From assembly GCA_964534625.1 (NCBI GenBank), contig CAZHRF010000017.1:1-58217 (forward strand): a stretch of DNA of 58,217 bases. The letters run 5' to 3'. Positions 49,494 to 58,217 of this stretch are shown piece after piece. Every line of letters starts with the position of its first letter. Position 1 is the first letter of the stretch. Source of the DNA: an uncultured archaeon (lineage in GTDB: Archaea > Asgardarchaeota > Heimdallarchaeia > Heimdallarchaeales > Heimdallarchaeaceae). Both the position numbers and the translations under genes were made by a program. The notes under the pieces were generated by a model. That model had not been told where the DNA came from and made no database searches. It worked only from the letters and a program-made list of their open reading frames with translations.

Positions 49494-50399
49494 GTGATTA
49501 AGATAACAATTAAAGATGAATATGAAATTAAGACAAGAGAATTTCAAGTTACTACTGATACAATTTATTGGACAATAGCTATTTTTGCTGGATTACTCCT
49601 AGTAATATTGGGTATTGTAGATGCAGTTTCACCTATGGTGGACTTTTTGGACATCCATGACTTTTTTATACTTGCTATTATTGTTGTAATGGGTGTTCCA
49701 ACATTTTTAATAGTGTATAGAGAAGAAAGAAGAAAAGCTAGAATTGATGAAAACCTCCCCTATCTTTTAAGAGAAATCTCAAATGCACAAAAAACAGGTA
49801 TGTCACTTCCGAGAGCTGTTAAAGAATCTGCAAAAAGGCAGTATGGCCCTCTAACACCCGAGTTACGCAAAATGTCTGCTAAAATAAGCTGGGGGATACC
49901 ATTCACCAAAGCAATGAAAGATTTTCAAAAAGCTATTAATACTCCTTTAGCTCAAAGAGCAACTCTATTAATCCTTGAAGCTGAAAGATCTGGAGGTAAT
50001 CTTGAAGATATATTTGAAGCAGCAGAAGAGCATGTACAACAAATCTTGAATCTTAAAGAAGAAAGAGAAGGAGCAATGAAACCCTATCTTTATATCGTTT
50101 ATGCTGCCTATATAATCTTTATTATGGTTATTGTCATTTTGTTTCAAACATTTTTCTATCCTTTTGGTACAGCCAATGTAAGTAGTGACTTGTTTACAAT
50201 TGACATAAATCTACCTGTATTGAAAATCTTATTCTTGCATATGCTTGCAGTACAAGGGTTGTTTTCTGGGCTCGTGGCAGGGAAGATGTCAAAAACGTCA
50301 GTAAGAGCTGGATTAATGCATTCGGTTGTATTAATGTTAATAGGTTGGATGGCCTTTAAAATATTAATACAAGCTCAGTTGTTATCAATCTCAATATAA
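49494..50399 (+). CDS. Second T2SSF family platform protein
   Basis: LPYLLREI...GMSL, YGPLT.E, WG.PF, SGGNL and GLVAGKM motifs. Confidence 0.85.
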   Translation: MIKITIKDEYEIKTREFQVTTDTIYWTIAIFAGLLLVILGIVDAVSPMVDFLDIHDFFILAIIVVMGVPTFLIVYREERRKARIDENLPYLLREISNAQKTGMSLPRAVKESAKRQYGPLTPELRKMSAKISWGIPFTKAMKDFQKAINTPLAQRATLLILEAERSGGNLEDIFEAAEEHVQQILNLKEEREGAMKPYLYIVYAAYIIFIMVIVILFQTFFYPFGTANVSSDLFTIDINLPVLKILFLHMLAVQGLFSGLVAGKMSKTSVRAGLMHSVVLMLIGWMAFKILIQAQLLSISI

Positions 50400-50409
50400 G
50401 GTGAAAGAA

Positions 50410-50838
50410 ATGGCCAAAATAGATGAAGAAGTTAAAAAATTACAAAGTCAGATGGAAGAATTAAAAAGTACAGTTAATCAGTTGAATTTCTACATTGTCA
50501 GTATTTTAGATGCAATAAAGAAAGGTTCGGTTATAGGTGATTCTGGTGATAAAGAGGGAGTTGGAGCAACCACAGGATCTGTTTCAGTTGATTTAGGACC
50601 ACTTGAAGATCGAATTGATTCTTTAGCCGATAAAATGGCTACTAAAGAAGAATTAAAGCAAATTAAAGATGAGATGAATAAATTAGTATCAGAGAAAATG
50701 AAGCATTCTGAAGAGATGCAACAAAGAGCAACGAATTTGTTAGATCGAGGAATGGAATTAGTTGAACTAGAGTCTACAATGGCAGAAATTCGAACTTTAT
50801 TAGAAGAGCGGATTTTAGAAGATAAAGAAGTAGAGTAG
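50410..50838 (+). CDS. Small soluble coiled-coil protein in the pilus operon
   Basis: E/K-rich heptads, GGTGA RBS before ATG 50410, tightly linked to the flanking genes. Confidence 0.6.
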   Translation: MAKIDEEVKKLQSQMEELKSTVNQLNFYIVSILDAIKKGSVIGDSGDKEGVGATTGSVSVDLGPLEDRIDSLADKMATKEELKQIKDEMNKLVSEKMKHSEEMQQRATNLLDRGMELVELESTMAEIRTLLEERILEDKEVE

Positions 50839-50850
50839 GGTGAATAGTAT

Positions 50851-52011
50851 TTGAACCTATTACGGAAAATAGTAAAAAAGAAAAAAGGACAAGTAAGGGG
50901 AGTAGATTTTGCTTTGGCTATGTTAATTTTTATTATTGCATTTAGTCAAATTATACTTGTCTTGACAAATTTACTAATACCAACAGTCTTTCAAATGGAA
51001 ACTTACTCATACGAGCAAGAGCTTAACAAGTTATATAGTTCGGTTTTTTATTCTTCTGGTAACCCTGAAGATTGGTATCTGTTATCAACAAACACTCTTG
51101 TTACAAGCGACTTTAAACTTGGGTTGGAACGGACATCAGGGGAATTAGATTTTTCAAAAATTAACAGACTTTCAATGGGTTTACAAGATTATTGGTATAT
51201 ACGGTATGAAACAGTCAGAACCTCATATCCTTTTCCAAATAATTTTGCAATAGGAATAGAACCCCAAGTAAAAGTAACAATTGATGAATATAATATAGCT
51301 TTAGGGCAGATTTCAATTACTGGACAAGTATTGAAATATCAGACAGCTATTGAACATGCACATGTGTGGGCTTTTGCCATAAACAACGAAAATAGCATTA
51401 GTACTACAAAAACAACAACACAAAATATTGATGATTCTATATCTTTTCAGTTTGATTTGTCATTACCTAATAGTTCTGCTTATACGGTTGTAATATTTGC
51501 CCGAGTTGGAGATGTTTATGACACATATAGGGTGGTAAGATTTATCTCTGAAACAAGTTTTGATTATGAAATCTCTGAATTCGATTTTACGCCATATGTA
51601 AGAGAAAATAGCCAAAGTGCTTCTTGTAGTGTAGATGTTAGCTTTAATAGATATCCAAATAGTGATAATGCACGTGCAACCGTAGTTTTTCCATATAGTA
51701 CCAGTATAACTAATTTTTCAACCAATTTGATAAAGGAAAATTTAAGCAATCAAGGAAACATTTATTCTGCAACTGGGTTACCTATTCCTACATCGGGTTT
51801 TGCTGTTGTGATCATTCATGAAAGAGTAGGGGATACATATAGAGCAGGTTTCATGGGAATACCCCACTTTCTTTCTTTAGATGTAGGGGGTGTATTTGGG
51901 CTTAATTCAGAAACAGCGCGTGATTATATGGCTGGTGGAGAATATATACTCAAATCAGAATTATTAACGATAAGGAACAAGTTGGTGAATGGATATGTTA
52001 TGTTCTGGTAG
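50851..52011 (+). CDS. Minor pilin-like protein (class III signal peptide, KKG|Q)
   Basis: KKKKG|QVRGVDFALAMLIF, S.G.PEDW motif, GGTGA RBS. Confidence 0.75.
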   Translation: MNLLRKIVKKKKGQVRGVDFALAMLIFIIAFSQIILVLTNLLIPTVFQMETYSYEQELNKLYSSVFYSSGNPEDWYLLSTNTLVTSDFKLGLERTSGELDFSKINRLSMGLQDYWYIRYETVRTSYPFPNNFAIGIEPQVKVTIDEYNIALGQISITGQVLKYQTAIEHAHVWAFAINNENSISTTKTTTQNIDDSISFQFDLSLPNSSAYTVVIFARVGDVYDTYRVVRFISETSFDYEISEFDFTPYVRENSQSASCSVDVSFNRYPNSDNARATVVFPYSTSITNFSTNLIKENLSNQGNIYSATGLPIPTSGFAVVIIHERVGDTYRAGFMGIPHFLSLDVGGVFGLNSETARDYMAGGEYILKSELLTIRNKLVNGYVMFW

Positions 52012-52483
52012 AAAGATTTTCAAACATTTAAGAAAGAAAAAAGGACAACTCTTTGTTATAGAGGCCTTTATAGCTGTATCAATAATGATAATAATGGTTA
52101 CAGCCATATACGAAGTACAATTAGCCACACAAAAACCAGTAAAAACGGGTTATGATGGGTTTTTATATACAGTGATGAAACAATTGGATGAAAATGGTAA
52201 TCTGGATGAATTAATTCATGCAATAAGAAATGATAATAATACTGCATTAACAGAGGTAAAAGTAACAATAAAAGAAGCAATTTATGGTGCTCTCCCAGAT
52301 AATGGGGAATTCCGAATGTATATTTATGATATGATATCAGAAGAAATATTAGAGGATGGATGGGTGAATATGAATTATCCATTAGGAAATGCAGTATATG
52401 GTATAGAATACTTAGTAACGGAAATAAATGGTGAAAATGCACCACACATATTTCATATAGATTATTGGTTAATAGGTGTTTAA
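51989..52483 (+). CDS. Pilin-like protein (KKG|Q)
   Basis: RKKKG|QLFVIEAFIAVSIMII. Confidence 0.75.
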   Translation: MDMLCSGRKIFKHLRKKKGQLFVIEAFIAVSIMIIMVTAIYEVQLATQKPVKTGYDGFLYTVMKQLDENGNLDELIHAIRNDNNTALTEVKVTIKEAIYGALPDNGEFRMYIYDMISEEILEDGWVNMNYPLGNAVYGIEYLVTEINGENAPHIFHIDYWLIGV

Positions 52484-53167
52484 ATGAAGTTTAAAACATT
52501 AAAAAGAAAAAAAGGACAAGTTTTCCTTTTAATGGCAATTCTCATCCTTTTATATCTTATACTGCTATCAACAACAGTATTCAAAGTAAGTCAAAGTCCA
52601 TATATCGAACCATCAGCTAATGAAGAGGCAATAATGCGATATGTGGATAATTCTGTGTCTGCAGTTCACGAACTAGTGGATGTGGCATTACATCAATATA
52701 CATATGTTGGTCTGACGGTAGCTGAATGTAAAGAGAATTTTGAAATAGGATTGAATGATATTGAAACCTTTCTTAAACGCCAAAGTTTAATTGCTAGAGT
52801 AGACCTAGTTGAAAATACCTTTTTGATTAGAAACTCTTCAACCAGCGCAAATCCGATATATTTAGAACTAAATGCTGATATAGAGTTAAAAATTGAAAAT
52901 CCTTCAGTAATCTATGAATCCCTTCTTTCCCTAAAAGTTATCTATGAAATGCAATATTCTTCAATTACCGATGATACTAATTATTTATATGCGTTTAAAA
53001 GTATAAATAGTGAAAGAAAATCTGTTGGCACTTGTAGTGTTGAAGTCACGCCAGATACAACCGTTATAAATTTGGGTGATGGTAGGTATCAATTAGATCT
53101 ACAAGCGGGGCAAAATATCCAAATAGCATTTCAATCTCGGATTTATCTGTGGGCTATAATTGAGTAA
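52484..53167 (+). CDS. Pilin-like protein (KKG|Q)
   Basis: RKKG|QVFLLMAILILLYLILL. Confidence 0.72.
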   Translation: MKFKTLKRKKGQVFLLMAILILLYLILLSTTVFKVSQSPYIEPSANEEAIMRYVDNSVSAVHELVDVALHQYTYVGLTVAECKENFEIGLNDIETFLKRQSLIARVDLVENTFLIRNSSTSANPIYLELNADIELKIENPSVIYESLLSLKVIYEMQYSSITDDTNYLYAFKSINSERKSVGTCSVEVTPDTTVINLGDGRYQLDLQAGQNIQIAFQSRIYLWAIIE

Positions 53168-53269
53168 GAATTTACAAATATTCTTTTTTTCAATCTCTCT
53201 CTCTCTCTCGACTGGTTGATTTTCTTCATCAACCCAAATATTTAACAAAAAAAAAGGAATGTTTTCCAT

Positions 53270-54997
53270 ATGGATGAGGAAACCAAAAAGACTATCTATA
53301 AAGAAGCATTAACCAATGCTTATATCTACGGTAGTACTAATTCAAAGATAGTCATTCAGAAAATCATGGCAGCATATCCTGAATTAAGGAAAGAAGCAAG
53401 AACGATTCTACCAGAAATAGAAAAAACAGTTTCTTCAATAAATTCACTATCAAGTGAAGATATACGTGCTAAAATGGAAATGGATTACCTTGAAATTGTT
53501 GAAGAATTAAACAAAGAAGAGGAACAAGAATTTCTAGATGATCTCCCTAATGCGAAGAAAGGAAAAGTAAAAGTAAGGTATCCTCCAGAACCCTCAAAAC
53601 ATCCACATATTGGTCAACTTTTGTCTTTTTGTATTAACCACTTAATCGCGGAAAAATTTGATGGTAAAACAGTTCTAAGATTTGATGATACAAACCCTGA
53701 AAAAGTAAAGAAGGAATATTATGAAAGTTTCCGAGAAGCTATAATTTGGTTGGGATTACAGCTAGATGAAGAAGTAAGAGCTTCCGATTATATGAATGTA
53801 TATTATGATAAAGCAAAAGAGCTTATTAAGAAAGATGAAGCTTATGTCTGTTTCTGTACAAGAAAAAAAATGTCAAAACTTCGAAATGAAGAAAAGAAAT
53901 GTAAATGTAATGTAAATCAAACTATTGAAGAAAATCTCGCTTTTTTTGAAAAACTTGTTGCTGGCGCTTATAAAACGGGTGAATCTGTTGTAAGATTAAA
54001 AGGAGAAATGGATTCTTCTAATGCGGTACTAAGGGATCCTGTTTTACTTAGGTTATCTGATGCCCACCATTGTATTCAAGATGACAAATATGTTTTGTGG
54101 CCAATGTATGATTTTGAGTCTCCAATAATGGAACATATTACTGGCGTAACGCATGTATTACGGAGTCAAGAATTTGGTAAAATGAGACAAGAATTACAGT
54201 CATTAATTGCTAAAAAATTAAATTTAAACGTACCAGAGTTTTACCAATACAGTAGATATAATATCCGTGGATCAACTACAAAAGGAAGGGAAATTCGTAC
54301 ATTAGTAGAAGACAATGTGGTTTCAGGATGGGATGATATACGATTAATGACTTATCAAGCTTTAAAAAAAAGAGGTATACAACCACAAACATTTATTGAA
54401 ATAGTGAAAACATTAGGTGCAACAAAATCTATAACCAATATTGATTGGTCTTTAATAGCCTCCATTAATAGAAAGATTCTGCATCCACAAGCTAGCCACT
54501 ATTTTTTTGTTGATAATCCAATAGAGTTAGAATTTAAAAGTCCAATAAATGAAAATATAGAAATCCCCCTACATCCAGAAGATAGGGCGCGAGGAACAAG
54601 AACATTGGATATTAATGATAGAGTTTTTATAAGTGGGCAGGATGCTAAGTTCTTAAAAATAAATACTATGATTCGATTAAAGGATTTATTTAATATAAAA
54701 ATAGTTGAAAAAATAGCCGATAGCAAATGGTTAATTAAGAGAAAAAGTGGTGATTTGCTTTCTAACTTGCCTAAAGTTCAGTGGGTATCCGACTACATTC
54801 CAGTTGAAATTATAAAACCCGAAATGTTATATTTAAATAATCGAATAAATAAAGATAGCTTGAAATTGATATCTGGATATGGAGAAAAAAATCTTTTAAG
54901 AACTAAAGAAAATGAGATTATTCAATTGGAAAGATTTGGTTTCGTAAAAATAAACGAGAAGAATAAAAAAATTAAAATGAATTATATTCATGGTTGA
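53270..54997 (+). CDS. gltX: Glutamyl-tRNA synthetase (archaeal type)
   Basis: RYPPEPS..PHIGQ, LRFDDTNP, RDPV, WPMYDF, THVLRS.E, GWDDIRL and QLERFGF motifs. Confidence 0.92.
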   Translation: MDEETKKTIYKEALTNAYIYGSTNSKIVIQKIMAAYPELRKEARTILPEIEKTVSSINSLSSEDIRAKMEMDYLEIVEELNKEEEQEFLDDLPNAKKGKVKVRYPPEPSKHPHIGQLLSFCINHLIAEKFDGKTVLRFDDTNPEKVKKEYYESFREAIIWLGLQLDEEVRASDYMNVYYDKAKELIKKDEAYVCFCTRKKMSKLRNEEKKCKCNVNQTIEENLAFFEKLVAGAYKTGESVVRLKGEMDSSNAVLRDPVLLRLSDAHHCIQDDKYVLWPMYDFESPIMEHITGVTHVLRSQEFGKMRQELQSLIAKKLNLNVPEFYQYSRYNIRGSTTKGREIRTLVEDNVVSGWDDIRLMTYQALKKRGIQPQTFIEIVKTLGATKSITNIDWSLIASINRKILHPQASHYFFVDNPIELEFKSPINENIEIPLHPEDRARGTRTLDINDRVFISGQDAKFLKINTMIRLKDLFNIKIVEKIADSKWLIKRKSGDLLSNLPKVQWVSDYIPVEIIKPEMLYLNNRINKDSLKLISGYGEKNLLRTKENEIIQLERFGFVKINEKNKKIKMNYIHG

Positions 54998-55002
54998 TAA
55001 TA

Positions 55003-56016
55003 ATGGCAGGAGAAGGATTTATAATATTTTTACTATTTGTTGGCTTTGCAATAATGCTTATAGCAAAAGCACAAGCTAATAAAAATAAGAAAGAGAAAAG
55101 AGAAAAACAGAAATATAAACCATATCGCCCCATAAAAATGGATCAGAATCAATACAGGGGACAAGAACAATCGGTTCAGAGTCCTGGTACAAGCGGTATT
55201 TATCAAACTAGTTATAGTTATTCTGATACTCAGAATGATGAACAAAGACGAGGATCTCAAAGAACAGAGACACGCCCGAGGGAAAGAGCTGCTTATGCAA
55301 GTGCTGATGAATATTATAGAGAAGGGATGTTTGATCAAGCAAAGGATGAATATCTTAAAACAGGAAGGATTTTTGGAGCAGCAAAATCCCTAGCAGCTAA
55401 AGGCGTTGAATATCATGAAGAAGCTATTGATCTAATTCAAAGATATGCTCCGGAACGAGAGGATGAAATGGTAAGGAATCTTTCAAGATATTTTTTTGAT
55501 AGTGGAGATATAGAAGCAGCTGGGTCTATTCTTTATAGATATGGATTAGAAAATGAAGCAGCTGCAGTATTGGCTACTATTAACAAGACATATGGGGATT
55601 TATATGGTGGTGAAACGGTAGAAGTAAGTCCAATTTATGAAACAGAACTGGATGATGAAGAGGGATTTGAACAAACTCAACAAAGTCTAGAAGAACTAGA
55701 GTCTTTAAGCCAGGAAGTTAGTTCAATAGGTGAGCCTGAAGAACCATTTGCAAAAATGGAAGACGAGACGAGACGAGACGATAAAGAAGAATTAAAAAGA
55801 AAAAGACCTGTCCCACAAAAATTGAAAATTGCAACCAGTAAATTAGAAGGAAGATGTAGTGTTTGTATGTCTTCTATAGAAGCTGGAGAAAGTTTTGTAC
55901 GCTGCCCATTTTGTGAAGTACCCTCTCATTATTCTCATATTATTGAATGGATAAAGGTAAAACCTCAATGTCCTAACTGTAGAAGAAAATTAACAGCTGG
56001 AATGTTTACGTATTGA
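55003..56016 (+). CDS. N-terminally membrane-anchored protein with TPR-like helices and a C-terminal RING finger (putative E3 ubiquitin ligase)
   Basis: TM GFIIFLLFVGFAIMLIA, helical-repeat segment, acidic linker, CSVC-x11-CPFC-x4-H-x2-H..W..CPNC. Confidence 0.75.
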   Translation: MAGEGFIIFLLFVGFAIMLIAKAQANKNKKEKREKQKYKPYRPIKMDQNQYRGQEQSVQSPGTSGIYQTSYSYSDTQNDEQRRGSQRTETRPRERAAYASADEYYREGMFDQAKDEYLKTGRIFGAAKSLAAKGVEYHEEAIDLIQRYAPEREDEMVRNLSRYFFDSGDIEAAGSILYRYGLENEAAAVLATINKTYGDLYGGETVEVSPIYETELDDEEGFEQTQQSLEELESLSQEVSSIGEPEEPFAKMEDETRRDDKEELKRKRPVPQKLKIATSKLEGRCSVCMSSIEAGESFVRCPFCEVPSHYSHIIEWIKVKPQCPNCRRKLTAGMFTY

Positions 56017-56088
56017 TATTGCGTTTAGGCTTTTTCCTGTTTTTCTCCAAATAGTAACATTAAAAAGAGATTTTAAGAACAAAAAAAT

Positions 56089-56574
56089 ATGGTAATGCTT
56101 CCACCATATACTCCTAATATAATTAAAGAATATATAGATGAAAATATCCAAACGCAAATTGCAGGTTTTGATTTAACCGTTAATAAAATACTGAAAACCG
56201 ATGAGGTTGGGGTATTGGACTTTGATAATTCAAAACGAAAAATACCTAAACACATTGAAATTGCAACCATTGATGGTAAATGGATATTAGAGCAAGGAGG
56301 ATATATAGTACGATACAATGAAGAAGTTAATGTACCATTGGATTCAATAGGTATTGTGCTTCCAAGATCATCACTGATGCGGTGTGGTTCCACACTTTTT
56401 TCAGCTGTTTGGGATCCAGGTTACAAAGGAAAAGGTATGGGATTATTATACGTAACGAATCAGCTTATACTTTATAAGAATGCAAGAATAGGACAAATAC
56501 TATTTGTACGCACTTCAAAACCAGTAAAAAAAGGTTATTCTGGCAAATTTCAAAATGAAGGGATAAATGAGTAA
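56089..56574 (+). CDS. dut: dUTPase / dCTP deaminase family protein
   Basis: AGFDLT, PRSSL.R, AVWDPGYKG and ARIGQ motifs. Confidence 0.85.
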   Translation: MVMLPPYTPNIIKEYIDENIQTQIAGFDLTVNKILKTDEVGVLDFDNSKRKIPKHIEIATIDGKWILEQGGYIVRYNEEVNVPLDSIGIVLPRSSLMRCGSTLFSAVWDPGYKGKGMGLLYVTNQLILYKNARIGQILFVRTSKPVKKGYSGKFQNEGINE

Positions 56575-56720
56575 TGTTTTAGTTTAAATAGGAAAAACAG
56601 TAATATTAGTAATAAAGAAACGCTGTTGCTAATCGTGTAGTGAATAGTTTGTAACACGAAGGTATCATTAACACCTGATATTCTCCTCCTTGATGTATGA
56701 AAGATAATTTAACTTTATAT

Positions 56721-57059
56721 TGCGGGAAGTCTCCTTGACTTGGCTGGGAGATGAAAGTAAAACAACAGCAAAAGAGTAGTAGAAATCAGCGAAACAAAGA
56801 CATCGAAGAGATGTTGTGTCTGTGAGAGTGAAAAAGCTATGCCCCTCTATAAGAGAAAATATGAATGCGGGAATTGTGGTACAATTATAGATAGAGATGA
56901 AAATTCTGCCATCAATATCATGTCAAGGTACCTATCCCAGAATGGCTTGTGGACAGCCTATCAACTTTTTGTTGGTAATTTGCGACAAACAGGCATTGCC
57001 ATACACCATCAGGGATTGTACTCGCAGGAAGCACCATCACTTGGGGTGGTGTAGTTCAC
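56721..57059 (+). mobile_element. Internally deleted IS200/IS605-family (tnpB) element
   Basis: Left-end-like hairpin GGAAGTCTCC...GGAGATGAA, 3' fragment of tnpB, right-end hairpin CACCATC/GGTGGTG ending GTAGTTCAC. Left boundary is approximate. Confidence 0.75.
56761..57054 (+). pseudogene. tnpB: tnpB 3' remnant (Zn ribbon plus RuvC-III)
   Basis: In-frame E..TSKRCCVC...YECGNCG...DRDENSAINI, preceded by stop codons; the N-terminal portion is absent. Confidence 0.82.
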
Positions 57060-57109
57060 GGATTAACGGAAAAATTAAAGAAAAAGAAAAAGAAAGATAA
57101 TGTGATATA

Positions 57110-58183
57110 ATGTCTAAAAAGAAAGATGTAAAAGGATCTTCCAAATCTGATAAGGATGTGAATGAAGAAGAATGGTTAGATGAAATCGTTCCTGAGTACA
57201 CAAATGGAAAGGATAAAGAAGATGAAGAAAAGAATATGGGTGATATAACCGTTAATAAAATACCGGGTATTGGTCCAGCTATTGCAGATAAACTACGTTC
57301 TTCTGGATACCTGACTTTAGCTGCAGTTGCACATGCATCTCCTGTTGAACTCGTTGAGCATTGTGAAATTGGTGAGCAAACAGCTAAAAGGATTATAGCA
57401 TCAGCTAGAAATCAAGTGGGCGTGGGATTCAAAAGTGCAAAACAGATTTTAGATAGCAGGACAGAACTAACAAAAATATCTACTGGATGTAAAAATCTTG
57501 ACGAACTGCTAGATGGGGGAGTTGAAACAAAATCTATTACTGAACTATCAGGAGAATTTAGGACAGGAAAAACTCAATTGTGTTTTCAATTAAGTGTTAT
57601 GACAGCAATGAATCAAGATAAAGGTGGATTGGGTGCGGGGGTAATATATATAGATACCGAGGGAACTTTTAGACCAGAAAGAATAATCAGCATATGTAAA
57701 AAATATGATACTTCTGAAGAGGAGGTATTAAATCGAATAAATGTAGGTCGTGCATATAACTCAGATCATCAAATGTTATTAGTTCTTGAAAGCCCAAAAC
57801 TTATTAGAAAAAATAATGTGAAGTTGTTAATAATTGATTCCTTGACCAGTCATTTTAGAGCTGAATATACCGGAAGAGGTTCATTAATGGAGAGACAACA
57901 AAAATTGAATAAGTTTTTACATCAATTATTGAGGCTTGCTGATGTATATGGACTAGCTGTTTTAGTTACTAATCAAGTACTTGCAAAACCAGATGTGCTC
58001 TATGGAGAATCAATTTTCCCAATTGGAGGAAACATTGTAGCTCATTCATGTACAACACGGATATATCTGAGAAAAGGAAAAGGAGAAAAGAGGATTGCAA
58101 GAGTTATTGATAGTCCCCATATTCCAGAAACAGAAGCCGTGTTTGCGATAACAGAAAGTGGGATAGCTAATCCAAATTATTAA
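57110..58183 (+). CDS. radA: DNA repair and recombination protein RadA
   Basis: HhH IPGIGP, FKSA polymerisation motif, [27 protein letters not shown] and GGNIVAH motifs. Confidence 0.95.
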   Translation: MSKKKDVKGSSKSDKDVNEEEWLDEIVPEYTNGKDKEDEEKNMGDITVNKIPGIGPAIADKLRSSGYLTLAAVAHASPVELVEHCEIGEQTAKRIIASARNQVGVGFKSAKQILDSRTELTKISTGCKNLDELLDGGVETKSITELSGEFRTGKTQLCFQLSVMTAMNQDKGGLGAGVIYIDTEGTFRPERIISICKKYDTSEEEVLNRINVGRAYNSDHQMLLVLESPKLIRKNNVKLLIIDSLTSHFRAEYTGRGSLMERQQKLNKFLHQLLRLADVYGLAVLVTNQVLAKPDVLYGESIFPIGGNIVAHSCTTRIYLRKGKGEKRIARVIDSPHIPETEAVFAITESGIANPNY

Positions 58184-58217
58184 TATTCTTCTTTTTCTTT
58201 AATTTTTCCATTTTTTT

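Noticed and set aside
53194-53209. Short (CT)n tract after the pilus operon
   Set aside because: It is short and adjoins a T-rich terminator-like stretch, with no evidence of function.
53270-54997. GluRS with HIGQ and a degenerate KMSKS region as a possible inactive paralog
   Set aside because: Such variation is tolerated in archaeal class I synthetases and all other motifs are intact.
1-58217. CRISPR array, prophage/integrase or defence island
   Set aside because: No regularly spaced direct repeats, cas genes, integrase or viral hallmark genes were seen. The remaining short ORF-track entries are antisense shadows of longer genes.

Overview
AT-rich archaeal chromosomal window, most likely from an Asgard archaeon (Heimdallarchaeia-like; inferred from three Rab-like small GTPases, a gelsolin-domain protein, a membrane-anchored RING protein, a probable longin-domain giant protein and archaeal housekeeping genes such as radA, pyrBI, archaeal PPAT and GluRS). 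The standout feature is a circularly permuted 5S rRNA gene (minus strand, about 1439-1565). Its 3' half comes before its 5' half, the two are joined by a UUCG tetraloop closing helix I, and a complementary leader/trailer pair flanks it. Just upstream lies an intron-containing tRNA-His with eukaryote-type identity (A73, no encoded G-1). The window also holds a class II ribonucleotide reductase with three inteins (one has Arg at C+1, one ends in Leu-Asp), an intein in a type IV pilus ATPase, a split archaeal type IV pilus locus, a giant Lhr helicase plus partner with tandem AlkZ-like modules, two probable pseudoenzymes (RsmB-like, TrpF-like) and two IS200/IS605-family remnants. All calls come from reading motifs by eye; no database searches were run.
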